In this document: positions 52,883 through 62,912 of the stretch, piece after piece
Position numbering within the stretch: the first letter of the stretch is position 1
How the letters are laid out: each line of letters begins with the position of its first letter
DNA from: Histomonas meleagridis 2922-C6/04-290x
Taxonomy: Eukaryota > Protista > Parabasalia
Direction of reading: 5' to 3'
Length of the DNA: 64,000 bases
Assembly: GCA_020184695.1 (NCBI GenBank)
Contig: JAANOX010000146.1
Span: 62,001 to 126,000 of the forward strand
Notes under the pieces: model-generated
Told to the model about the DNA's origin: nothing
The model's database searches: none
Seen by the model: only the letters and a program-made list of their open reading frames with translations
Program-made: the position numbers and the translations under genes

Positions 52883-54571
52883 TTGATATACCGGTTATCA
52901 TTGAAATGGTTCTTTTTCCACATTAAACCAAAGGAACATTGCGACTGGGAAACATTTCTACTCATAGGTCAAGCAATTTTTGGTTTGAATGTAGAAAATT
53001 TCTCTAGATCTATAGGTTTAATAATCAACAAATTTGATGAAATCCATCCTTTATCTTATGATTTAATTATTATTCAAATAATATATTATTGTAATTAATT
53101 TGTAATTAAAAAAAATAACGTAGATTTATTTTTGAATTTTATAAAAGAAATAAGAAAATTTGAAGAGTGTAATAAAATCAAATCCAATATATTTGATATA
53201 TTTGGACAATTTCTTAATAATAATACAAATGAATCAACTTATCTTCTTGAAGCTATGATTGAACATAATTTTCTTGAACCAAACATTGTAAAAAACAACC
53301 AGAGTGCTTATTTTGCACATTATATGTCTAAAGATAAATTAGCAATCCATTTAAGGGAATATTCATTTGAAGGTGCCTTACCAAATTATGAAGAACTTTC
53401 AAAGAATGATTGGGAATTACATAATAAACTAATTAAAGAAGGACATAATCCAAATGATATTTCGAAAATAATACGAAATTATGAAATAGAAAAACTTCAA
53501 GAAATATCATCACAAACAAATTTAGATTTTAATCAAACAATTAAGCCATCACTTTATGAAAGATGTTCATTTATTAATCATAAAAATGTTACATTAATTG
53601 ATTATTCAGCATTCTTTGGATCAGTTAAATGTTTTAAATATTTACTCATGAACAATGCAAATGTAGAAAACACAGGTAAATATGCAGTTGCATGTGGAAA
53701 TGAAGAAATCATTCATTTATGTGAACAAAATCATTCATCATTTGAAGATATATATGAAACAGCAATTGAATTTCATCGAAATGATATCTTTAAATATTTT
53801 TATGATAATAAATTAAAAATTTAGAAGAATTAGGAAAGCTTTGTATTTTATATCATAATTATGAAATATTTTCATTTTTAGTTAAAGAAGGAATGAAAAT
53901 CAATGATGATATTATTAATGAAGCAGCAATTATTGAAAATATTTTTTTAGTTGAATATTTTCTTAAAGAGCATTCATTTCCGCATGATATACTGGTATTT
54001 TCATCTGGATCAGAAAATATTAAACTTGTTAAATACGTTTTAAAACAAAAAGGAATTGATATTAATGCTAAAGGCGTTCATTTGTTTTATTTAATATTTA
54101 TTTTAATAATTTTGTATTTCAAAATAATATTTGGAAATTATTTAATTTATTTGAAACAGCACTTATGAAAGCATCTTCAAATGGTGATACAGAAATAGTT
54201 AAATTACTTCTTGAACAAGAAGGAATTGATATTAATGCAAGATATATTTAATAGTTTTAGTTTATGTTTTTTTTTTAATAATTTGAAATTTGAAAATAAA
54301 ATTTGGAAATTATTTTAATTTATTTGAAACAGCACTTATGATTGCATCTGAAAAATGTAACACAAATATTGTTAAATCACTAATTGAAAAAAAAGGAATT
54401 GACATAAATGTTAAAGATATTTGTTTGTTTAAATTATAATTTATTTTATTGTTTTGATATTTTGAAATAGAATTTGGAAATTATTTAAAAATATTTAAAA
54501 CAGCGCATAATTGTGCATCTAGAAATGGTCATGCCGAAATAGTTAAATTACTTCTTGATAAAAAAGGTTGA
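52883..54571 (+). pseudogene. DUF3447/ankyrin paralogue (locus D): in-frame TAA at 53096, a 1-nt frameshift at about 53820, then three spacer-interrupted ankyrin repeats
   Basis: NDWELHNKLIKEGHNPNDISKIIRN..YSAFFGSVKCFKYLL. Ankyrin cores FETALMKASSNG (54150), FETALMIASEK (54323) and FKTAHNCASRNG (54494). 5' boundary approximate. Confidence 0.8.
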
Positions 54572-54599
54572 TATTAATAAGCTGTCAACCAAATAAACG

Positions 54600-56029
54600 G
54601 TCGTTTCACATGTGAAAATCAATTTGACAAGCCGATAAGAAAAGTGAAGAGATATTTTCGATTCTGTAGACGCGTCTACGAGGTAAACGTGTCAGATTCG
54701 AAATTATTCAATTTCATTTAATTGTTTAATATTATCATCAATTTGAATTGGAATTGTGACCTTAAACATATTATCAAATCAAGAAATCGACTTCTTCTCA
54801 TTCACGTCCATTTTAATCACTTGTAAATCAGATCATAAATCAACTATAGCTTCACGTAAAATACTGAAATGTTATTTATTTTGAATAAATATTTCATTGA
54901 TCAATGTTCTTTAATTTATTTGTATCTTCTTCATTGTCATCTGAAAAATAAGCAATTTGTATACTATGCGTTGTTGAATGGTTTTCATTTTCGTTATTAC
55001 GTGATAAAGTTTCATTTCCATTTTCGTTTTCGCTTATTGTTTCATTTCCTGCTTCGGCTTCAGTAATTTCCGTATTTACAATGTTCGGGTTTTTGCGTTT
55101 GCTTAAGTTGATGCGATTTGTTTCGCGTTTTCGTTGCGTTTCTTTCGTGAATGTTTCCCAAGCTTCTTTCTCTTGGTCATCGATTTCGGTGTTTTGCTCA
55201 AAAAGTGTTTCGGTATTGCGTTTGGTTGCATTATTTTTATGTTTTTCTAAATTGTTGGATTTACTTTCTTGTTTCGCTCTGTTAAATTTTGTTTAGAGTT
55301 TGTTGCTTCATTTGATTTGTTTTTATACCTGGTAATCTTTGTTCTGTAAGTGTTCTTTCTTAAACATTATCATTATTTGCATTCTCCTCATTCGCTTCTT
55401 GTGTGTTTCTTTGGCTTTGTGGAACGTTTTCTGTGTTTTCATTACTTTCTTCTGTTTGCGATGTTTCTTCATTTTGTTTGCTCTCATCGGAAGTATTTTT
55501 TAAAACATTTCCTTCTATAGTTACCTGCTTATTTCCGTTTTCACTTACAATTATATTTTCATTACTGTTATTATTAATAATTAGTATTTGCTTCTGCAGT
55601 TTTAATTAAATTTTCAGCTTCGTTTCCCTTTTCTCCTTCCACTTCTTTCTTATTATTACTTTTTGTTTCAGTTTTATTGATATTGTTTTCAGTCATTTTT
55701 ACGTTTTCATTTTTCTCTTTTTCAATATTTTGTTTTGTATCTTTAGGCTTTGGACTTTCTTCATTTGGAAGTTCATGTTCGACAACGATTGGCGTATCCA
55801 AAGATGATTTCTGTGATTTTATTTCATCATCTTCAACCTTTATATCATTTTTCTTGTCTTTCTTTCTTTTTTTCCTTTTTGAAGCAGCTGATAACGAATA
55901 TGAGTTTTTTTACGAACCAGTTTTGAAGCTTAAGAAGGAATTTAGAGCATCTTATTTTTCATATGGGTTTTGAATGATTTTTGATCGGTTTTGATTGAAA
56001 TTTTTCGAAGGGTTTATTTCCACTTCCAT
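54600..56029 (-). pseudogene. K/E/N-rich low-complexity gene with several in-frame stops and frameshifts
   Basis: From the ATG at 56029 the frame reads MEVEINPSK..PYEK*DAL..TGS*KNS..KRKKRKKDKK..; further stops and shifts follow downstream. Confidence 0.55.
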
Positions 56030-56089
56030 TTTTTGATACGTAATTTCCTAATATAAATTATTTTACTAAATTTTGTAAAGAATTCTGAA

Positions 56090-56162
56090 GGTCTCGTAGC
56101 TCAGTCGGTAGAGCGTTGTGCTGATAACGCAAAGGTCTAGGGTTCAAGTCCCTGCGGGACCA
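56090..56162 (+). tRNA. tRNA-Ile (GAT)
   Basis: GGTCTCG/CGGGACC acceptor, GCTC/GAGC D stem, TTGTG-CTGATAA-CGCAA anticodon arm, TAGGG-TTCAAGT-CCCTG, T8 terminator. Confidence 0.93.
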
Positions 56163-56533
56163 TTTTTTTTTCATTTTTCAGATCAGATTTTTTCAACCCC
56201 AGGTTCCAAATTTAGGAAGCTTACCTGAAGTAGATTACATGGCACTATTATTGCGTATCCAAATTTGTCTTTATTCCCACGTCTCAATTTGAAATTTTTA
56301 TTTTGAAATCAGATTGCTAATCGGCCGGTTTTTTGTGCAAGCCTTGCAAAATCATCAAACTTTTTCAATAAGTTTGATATATAAAGTATTTATTTTACAT
56401 ATAAACTTACGTTCAAATAACCGCAACAATGCCTGTAACAAAAGGAAGTGTAGCCCTTCTTCAACAATTAATAAAAGATCAAAAAGCGAATTTTAAACCT
56501 GAGGGCATTCAAACAATTTTTTGTTCTCTATCG

Positions 56534-58549
56534 ATGCTATTGATTTTTATCAATGCAAATGAAATTGATCTCAACGTAAAATACGAAAATAATCATGTTT
56601 TGCTGAACTGGACTGGATTTCAGGCAAGCCAGGATTTAGCATATACAGTTTACTCACAAAGAAATGGATCGAATTGGAAATCGATCAGTTTATTTAACCT
56701 TAATACCACTAAAATCAAAGTACTTAATGTGTACCCAAATACTGGTAAAAAAGTTAATTTTGTATACAGCGCACAGTCACCAACGAGTGCCACACTTCCA
56801 CTTTCAGCTATTCTTAAACTTTGGATTGAAGGAGGTTATTATATAGATAATGGTGTAAATTATAGTTTTGAAGGTTTAGGAAGGAATTTCGATACGGTAG
56901 AAGAAATTATAAGTGTTACTCCAATATCAAGTGATAATTTTAAATCAATGAGTTTAGAAAGTATGATGAATTATGATATTATTGTTATTGGTATTATGGA
57001 TGTTAATGGTGGACCTTATATCCAACCGTATAATGAAACAGTTCAACGTGTTTCGCAATATATTGATCTTGGTTATGGGGTTTTGTTAGGTCATGATGCT
57101 GTTGGATATTATTATGGAAACTCTTTTGGTTATGGACAAATTGCAGATAAATTTGGAATTAAACTTGGAACAGAGTCATGTTCTGTTACTGGTTATTGCT
57201 CTCCAGGCACACTTGCTTCAGGTTGGAAACATTTTTCGAATGAAATACAAGTTACAAAGCGTGGTTTAGTTACTAATTATCCATACAACATTCCATCAGG
57301 TTTTTTACCTATAAATTTAACACACACATGTACAAATGCAGCATTTGGTGATGTTTGGGTGGAATTTGGTGAATTTTCTACTGAAACTGAAGGAAATTTT
57401 ACAGAAGCCGAATCACATTCATGGTCACTTGACGGATATTCAGAGATAAGATATGGTAATCCACATTATTACTTAACGACATATAGAAACACAGCTATGA
57501 TTCAAACAGGACATATATTAGGTAGTGCATTATTATATGAACGACAACTTCTTACTAATACTATTTCTTATTTATATCAACGAACATCACTTCAATATGG
57601 ATATGATAATTCAGTAGAACCATTGAAACTCAATCCACCGAATATCACAAGAATTTCTGGCAAAAGAACGATTGAAATCAGCACAGATAATAATTATGTT
57701 ACAGAAATTATTAATTATAAAGTTATTGGTAAAACATCATATGAAAATATCTGTGAATCATCACCAGTTCAATTTAATCTTACAACATATGTAAAAGAAT
57801 ATTATTACATTATTGATGAAAATGCGAACACAAAAATTACAAAATACAACATGAAAGCAATTCAAACGACGAATGGAATTATCAAAAATATTAAAGATGG
57901 CGATCTATATATTCATGCAGCATCAATTGATAATTATGGAGTATTAAGTGAAACATCGCATTTCTTTTTGTCAAAGGAACCATCAACGTCAACATTTACA
58001 GTATCAAATACATTTACAGTATCAAATACATTTACCAAATCAAATGCATATCCAATATTTACAACATTGTCATATTCTTTAGTTGTTTCATATTCGAATT
58101 CAATTTCTGAAACGATATTTTATAAAAGTTTTATCATAAGTTCATTGACACTAACAAAAATTAGTTCAATAAATGTTTATGTTAATACATTTATTATATC
58201 ATTTGAATATACACTTATTATATATTCAACATATATCAAATTATATTCCGAATTTTATACTATTTTTCAAAATGAAAAAGACATACAAGACAATAACAAA
58301 ACAAAATATATTATTATTATTTGTATTTGTATTGCAATATTTATAGTTATAATAATTCTTATAATTTTATTTATTTATATTCATCGTAAACATCAAAAAA
58401 ATACTTCGCTAGAAAAAGAATGTGACGATATAAAAGAAACAGAAGTTTCATCAGTTGACAATTTTTCTGTAGGACTAACACCAACTAATACAGAAGAAGA
58501 TCCATTTGCGAAAGATTTCGATGATGATAAATATTTTCATCATATTTAA
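56534..58549 (+). CDS. Type-I membrane surface protein: bacterial-like (DUF5057-like) ectodomain, S/T-rich stalk, TM and EDPF tail
   Basis: Motifs KVLNVYP, YDIIVIG, GVLLGHD, KRGLVTNYPY, FGDVW and YLTTYRNTAMIQTGH resemble Firmicutes surface-protein domains (from recall, not searched). SNTFTV repeats at 57992-58045 and a TM segment near the C-terminus. Likely start MLLIFINA at 56534; the track start is 56429. Confidence 0.8.
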   Translation: MLLIFINANEIDLNVKYENNHVLLNWTGFQASQDLAYTVYSQRNGSNWKSISLFNLNTTKIKVLNVYPNTGKKVNFVYSAQSPTSATLPLSAILKLWIEGGYYIDNGVNYSFEGLGRNFDTVEEIISVTPISSDNFKSMSLESMMNYDIIVIGIMDVNGGPYIQPYNETVQRVSQYIDLGYGVLLGHDAVGYYYGNSFGYGQIADKFGIKLGTESCSVTGYCSPGTLASGWKHFSNEIQVTKRGLVTNYPYNIPSGFLPINLTHTCTNAAFGDVWVEFGEFSTETEGNFTEAESHSWSLDGYSEIRYGNPHYYLTTYRNTAMIQTGHILGSALLYERQLLTNTISYLYQRTSLQYGYDNSVEPLKLNPPNITRISGKRTIEISTDNNYVTEIINYKVIGKTSYENICESSPVQFNLTTYVKEYYYIIDENANTKITKYNMKAIQTTNGIIKNIKDGDLYIHAASIDNYGVLSETSHFFLSKEPSTSTFTVSNTFTVSNTFTKSNAYPIFTTLSYSLVVSYSNSISETIFYKSFIISSLTLTKISSINVYVNTFIISFEYTLIIYSTYIKLYSEFYTIFQNEKDIQDNNKTKYIIIICICIAIFIVIIILIILFIYIHRKHQKNTSLEKECDDIKETEVSSVDNFSVGLTPTNTEEDPFAKDFDDDKYFHHI

Positions 58550-59013
58550 ATATGTAAATTTTAAAGCAAATTTTAACATAGAGATAATATTCAGCCAAAT
58601 CACAGTATAATTTTGCATCTGATGCCCATTTGGGAAGTATCTATCACCTCATGCTTTTGATCTTTTCTTTTATTTTTGAAAATTATAATTTTTGCACCTA
58701 ATTTTTTTTAACAAAATTTATTATTTTCTATATCAAAATCATACTTACGTTGATCAAATTATATCAAACTATATATGATCAGACGATTCTTAATTAATAC
58801 ATTAACTAATTTTCTCACTCCCAACATTTTTCTATTATGCTCTTATCTTTTTTTAAAATTTTATATCTATATCTCAATGAGCTTATTTTAAATATTTCAA
58901 TTTTGCGTTGCAAAGCAAACAGCGCCAAGCGAATTCTTGTATTTGATGAAAATTTCATCATACGAAAGAGATCCACAGAAAAATTACATTTTTTTAACAA
59001 GAAACAGAGTGAC

Positions 59014-59373
59014 ATGAGAAATCAAAGGGCAACTTCTCCAGAACTATCAAGAGATCCATCATCTGTCGAAACAATCCAAATGGTTCGCAGATATAAAATC
59101 ATGCAAGCTGAATATGAAGAACTTGCAGAAATTGAAAAAAAGCCAACCAGAAGTATTTCTGAATTAACTGATGATGAAAAAAAAGAATTTATAATGAAAT
59201 TACCTCAACCTGGCGGCTTGATGTATTATAATATGCAACAAGATGAGCTCGAAAGATTTATGAGCTATCAATTAGTGAAACAACTTATGGAAGAAACACT
59301 TGTATATACAAAATTTTTTATTTTGGAGGACTTACAAAAACGAAGAAAATTCTCTTTGAAAAACTTCTTTTAA
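59014..59373 (+). CDS. Hypothetical protein (~119 aa), possibly frameshifted at its 3' end
   Basis: MRNQRATSPELSRDP.. in track ORF 58837-59373. A coiled-coil-like continuation (EKLLLIQEEMKDK) exists in another frame after about 59355. Confidence 0.5.
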   Translation: MRNQRATSPELSRDPSSVETIQMVRRYKIMQAEYEELAEIEKKPTRSISELTDDEKKEFIMKLPQPGGLMYYNMQQDELERFMSYQLVKQLMEETLVYTKFFILEDLQKRRKFSLKNFF

Positions 59374-60233
59374 TTCAAGAAGAAATGAAAGATAAGAACA
59401 ATTATTTAGAAAATGTCACGAAGCTATAAAAATAGGAAATGACACCACTAAAGGAAAACAAATGATACGGCGATCCCAGATCATAAAGGATGAGATCGGC
59501 ATTCCCTCTAATGAAACAGAGTAATAAATCAAGAAATTTTTTTTTATGATGTTTTTATGTTAAAAATATTAATTCTGATTTTGAACATAAATCTGATATA
59601 CAGTAATGTGTAAAATGAATCTGTTCGATCTCTATAGAGATTTTATGAAAAAGTTTGGGAAAAAACTCATTCAATGAAAAAATAGATTTATTTCACAATT
59701 AATAAAGTGTAAATTTTCATGAAAAGGTGTCGGCCTTTAAAAATGGTTGTAATAAGACATCAATGCCTTTGAATAAAAATAAGTTACAAATATCATATTG
59801 CAGTTCAAAAAGAATTATGCAATCAAGATGATTTTCTCCGGAAAAAAACACAAAAGAAACTGATTTATTCCGTGTGAGTATGTTTTAAATATCGTTTCAG
59901 TTGGGCCATTAGTTGTTGTTAATTGTAGATTCAATTTTTTGTTCCATTTTATTGTAGCATTTAAAATTTCACATGACTGTTAAATTTTAAATGCAGATGA
60001 TTTTTTACAACCACAATTTACAAGCAGTTTTTAGGATCATTTTTTTTTGAATACATAAACCGTTTTTTATGGTTTTCTTGCAACAAAAGTCCCAACGTTT
60101 CACTTCACAAACCCCTCTGAAATGAGGCAAACATAAAAAAACACTTTTTTTAATTGAAATTTCAATATGTTGTATTTAGGTTATGGTGCATTCAAATTTC
60201 AATGCAAACCAGGAGCATAAGTCATTTGTTTTT

Positions 60234-60836
60234 ATGGGAAATCGTGTCAGCAGGATTACTTTCAAAAAAGATAAGCTTACAAGAAAAATGGTTGATAATT
60301 TGGAGAAATCAACGCATTTTACAGCTGATGAAATCAGAGTTTTTTATTCAAAATTTAAAGATCTTATAAAAGAATATAAGCATAACCCTGGAATTAAAAT
60401 GAATGGCTTTAAAGATGTTTTTGGCATTTCAAGCAGGGAATTAGCTGAACTTACCTTTTCGGGATTTGATCTTAATGGTGATGGTGTTATTGATTTTAAT
60501 GAATTTGTTCATGGATTTTCGTCCATTTGCGAAAGGGCACCTCAATTGGAAAGATTGAAATTTGGTTTCAATATGTTTGATCTTGATAAGGATGGCTTTA
60601 TAAAAACAAGTGAACTCAAAGAAATTATGCAACTTATTGCAGGCCAGAAAATGTCGTACCTTCCTTCTGATCAAATTGAAGTTTTAGTTGAAACAGCAAT
60701 CCAAAACTTTGATCCTGATAAGAAAGGAACTATTGATTTCGATACATTTAAAATTAATGTTTCGAAGTACACATTTTTATCTAATATCGGCAGTGTTGAT
60801 TTAAATAAATACTTATCAAATGATCCCAAGAAATAA
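60234..60836 (+). CDS. Calcineurin-B/NCS-like EF-hand protein, probably N-myristoylated
   Basis: MGNRVS start (Gly2) preceded by TCATTT. EF loops DLNGDGVIDFNEF, DLDKDGFIKTSEL and DPDKKGTIDFDTF. Confidence 0.9.
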   Translation: MGNRVSRITFKKDKLTRKMVDNLEKSTHFTADEIRVFYSKFKDLIKEYKHNPGIKMNGFKDVFGISSRELAELTFSGFDLNGDGVIDFNEFVHGFSSICERAPQLERLKFGFNMFDLDKDGFIKTSELKEIMQLIAGQKMSYLPSDQIEVLVETAIQNFDPDKKGTIDFDTFKINVSKYTFLSNIGSVDLNKYLSNDPKK

Positions 60837-62006
60837 CATCAGTTTTGGCAAAAATGATTTTAATTTTAATAAATATTTTTTCCAGTGGTATTTGTTCTTT
60901 TTAAAAATAATAGTAAGAGTGTTTTAATTTATACAATAAGGGAATTACAAAATGAATTAGAAGAAGTAGAAAGTATTATCAAGCATGCAGTTTGATGTTC
61001 TTCAAAACCAATTCTTGAATTCTTAATGCAAAAAAATACATTTCATTGGCCAAATCAGAAAGCTTCTATGTCCATCCTTTTACATTTGGAAATTTCAACT
61101 TTATCGAAGTTAATTTCTTTTGTGATAGGTATAATAAAAATTTGGATGATGGAACAGCAATAGTTATTTAAGTGTAAATCGTTGGAATGTTATTAATTCA
61201 AATATCGTTGCCTCAAAGAATGATTAGTGATATCTTGTTAGTTACATCAATGAACCGCTTGGAATCTTCCAATGAGTTGAACCGGTTTTCTAATTCTCAA
61301 AGATAGTCAAAAATGGCATCTACACTACAACAAGCAGCAACTCAAATGTAATGGTATGAACCACGTAACAGTGTATTGGGATCCAACGATTTCGTTCTTA
61401 AGAACAAGATATTTTCGTTGTAGAGCCATTCATAAGTAAGTGTGCTGGATAATTTATATGTGGATCAGATTCAATCAATGCAAAAATATTTTGTTCAATT
61501 AATTCTGTAACAATTGAAGAATCGGATAATTCTCCATCACTTTTAAGAATGTGATTACCATATTTAGCTTTTCTTCTATGTTATTCATATAAAATTTGAT
61601 TTTAATTAACTGTATACAAATAGGTAGGCGTGTATAATGCAGTTGGTAATCCCCTTCTTGTTATTGATAAATTTATGAGAATTTCAATACAAATCCCTTA
61701 AATTAATTATGTGAATGTTGTGAATCAAATTATAAGTTTAACACGTGAATAACGTTAGCAAACATATCAATCAATTGGATTACAAAAGGAATCATAAAAT
61801 ATATCAGATTCGTTGAATTTATTTGTTTTGACAAAAATAAAATATATAATGAGATTTTTTTTATATTGCTATTCAATATTTGTTCTTAGGTATATTTTCA
61901 AAAGGGAAATTGAGAACATGATAAAAATAATTTACACCAAAAAGATAAACTGGTTATCTAAAAGATTGAAGTGAAAAAACACGTTTAATTATCTGATCGA
62001 AAGGGA

Positions 62007-62567
62007 ATGAAAGTAAGGTATGCAAACCTTGATGATGTTCCAAAAATAGTAGAAATTTATTCGTATTATGTGTTAAATAAACCATATACATTTGAAACCG
62101 AAGTACCAACAATTGAAGAATACAAAAATAGAATGATCGAATTCAAAAAATTTTTTCCATTTTTTGTTCTTGAAGATGAAAATGGCGAAGTAGTTGGATA
62201 TTCTTATGCTCATTTTTATCATGAAAGAAGGGCTTATCAATGGAACGCTGAAACAACAATTTATATCCAAGAAGGGCTTCAAAGAAAAGGATTAGGTTCA
62301 ATGCTTTATAAACCACTACTTGATGCTCTGAAGGATCAAGGGTTTACAAATGCTCTTGCAATTTTGGGATGTCCAAATGAATCTTCGGAAAATTTTCACA
62401 AGAAAATGGGATTTAAAAATACAGCAGTATTTGAGAAACAAGGATTTAAACTTGGAGAGTGGCATGATGTTGCTTATTTTGATTTGTTGCTAAATGAAAA
62501 AAGCGATAATCCAAAGAGCCCAATTCCATTTTCACAACTAGACCCATCTAAATACATAACTAATTAG
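62007..62567 (+). CDS. GNAT N-acetyltransferase, phosphinothricin acetyltransferase/YncA(MnaT)-like
   Basis: TFETEVPT, RRAYQWNAETTIYI, QRKGLGSMLY (acetyl-CoA motif A), NESSENFHKKMGF, GFKLGEWHDV. Confidence 0.92.
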   Translation: MKVRYANLDDVPKIVEIYSYYVLNKPYTFETEVPTIEEYKNRMIEFKKFFPFFVLEDENGEVVGYSYAHFYHERRAYQWNAETTIYIQEGLQRKGLGSMLYKPLLDALKDQGFTNALAILGCPNESSENFHKKMGFKNTAVFEKQGFKLGEWHDVAYFDLLLNEKSDNPKSPIPFSQLDPSKYITN

Positions 62568-62912
62568 ATTAAAATAAAGCCGTATTATTCCAGATAACAA
62601 AATTATGACTTTTAATCTGAAAAACATCATTTTAAACAAGAGGTAATTGTATCGCCATTACAAGACATTCTATGATATTACTGGAAATCATCTGATGGTT
62701 TTGTTACGAAAAAATGTACGATTTTAGTGAATTACATTCATGCATTCAAATATCGATCGTACAAATAAACCTTATCGTAAACAAATTTAATTGGTTTACT
62801 TGAGACAAATCAAAACTTTTTCAAACAATATCGTCAGCATCTGCCTCACAGAAATCGATCGCCGATGGGATTTGCCTGAAACAGAAAAACGCATTCAAAA
62901 ATTGAACATCTG

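Noticed and set aside
54666-54679. Perfect 14-bp palindrome GTAGACGCGTCTAC
   Set aside because: Single occurrence inside a pseudogene remnant, with no associated element ends or second copy seen; plausible by chance.
60950-61600. Possible degenerate ankyrin-like remnant on the minus strand (RWIPIH, GWT fragments)
   Set aside because: Too many stops and too few motif residues to support a call without a search.
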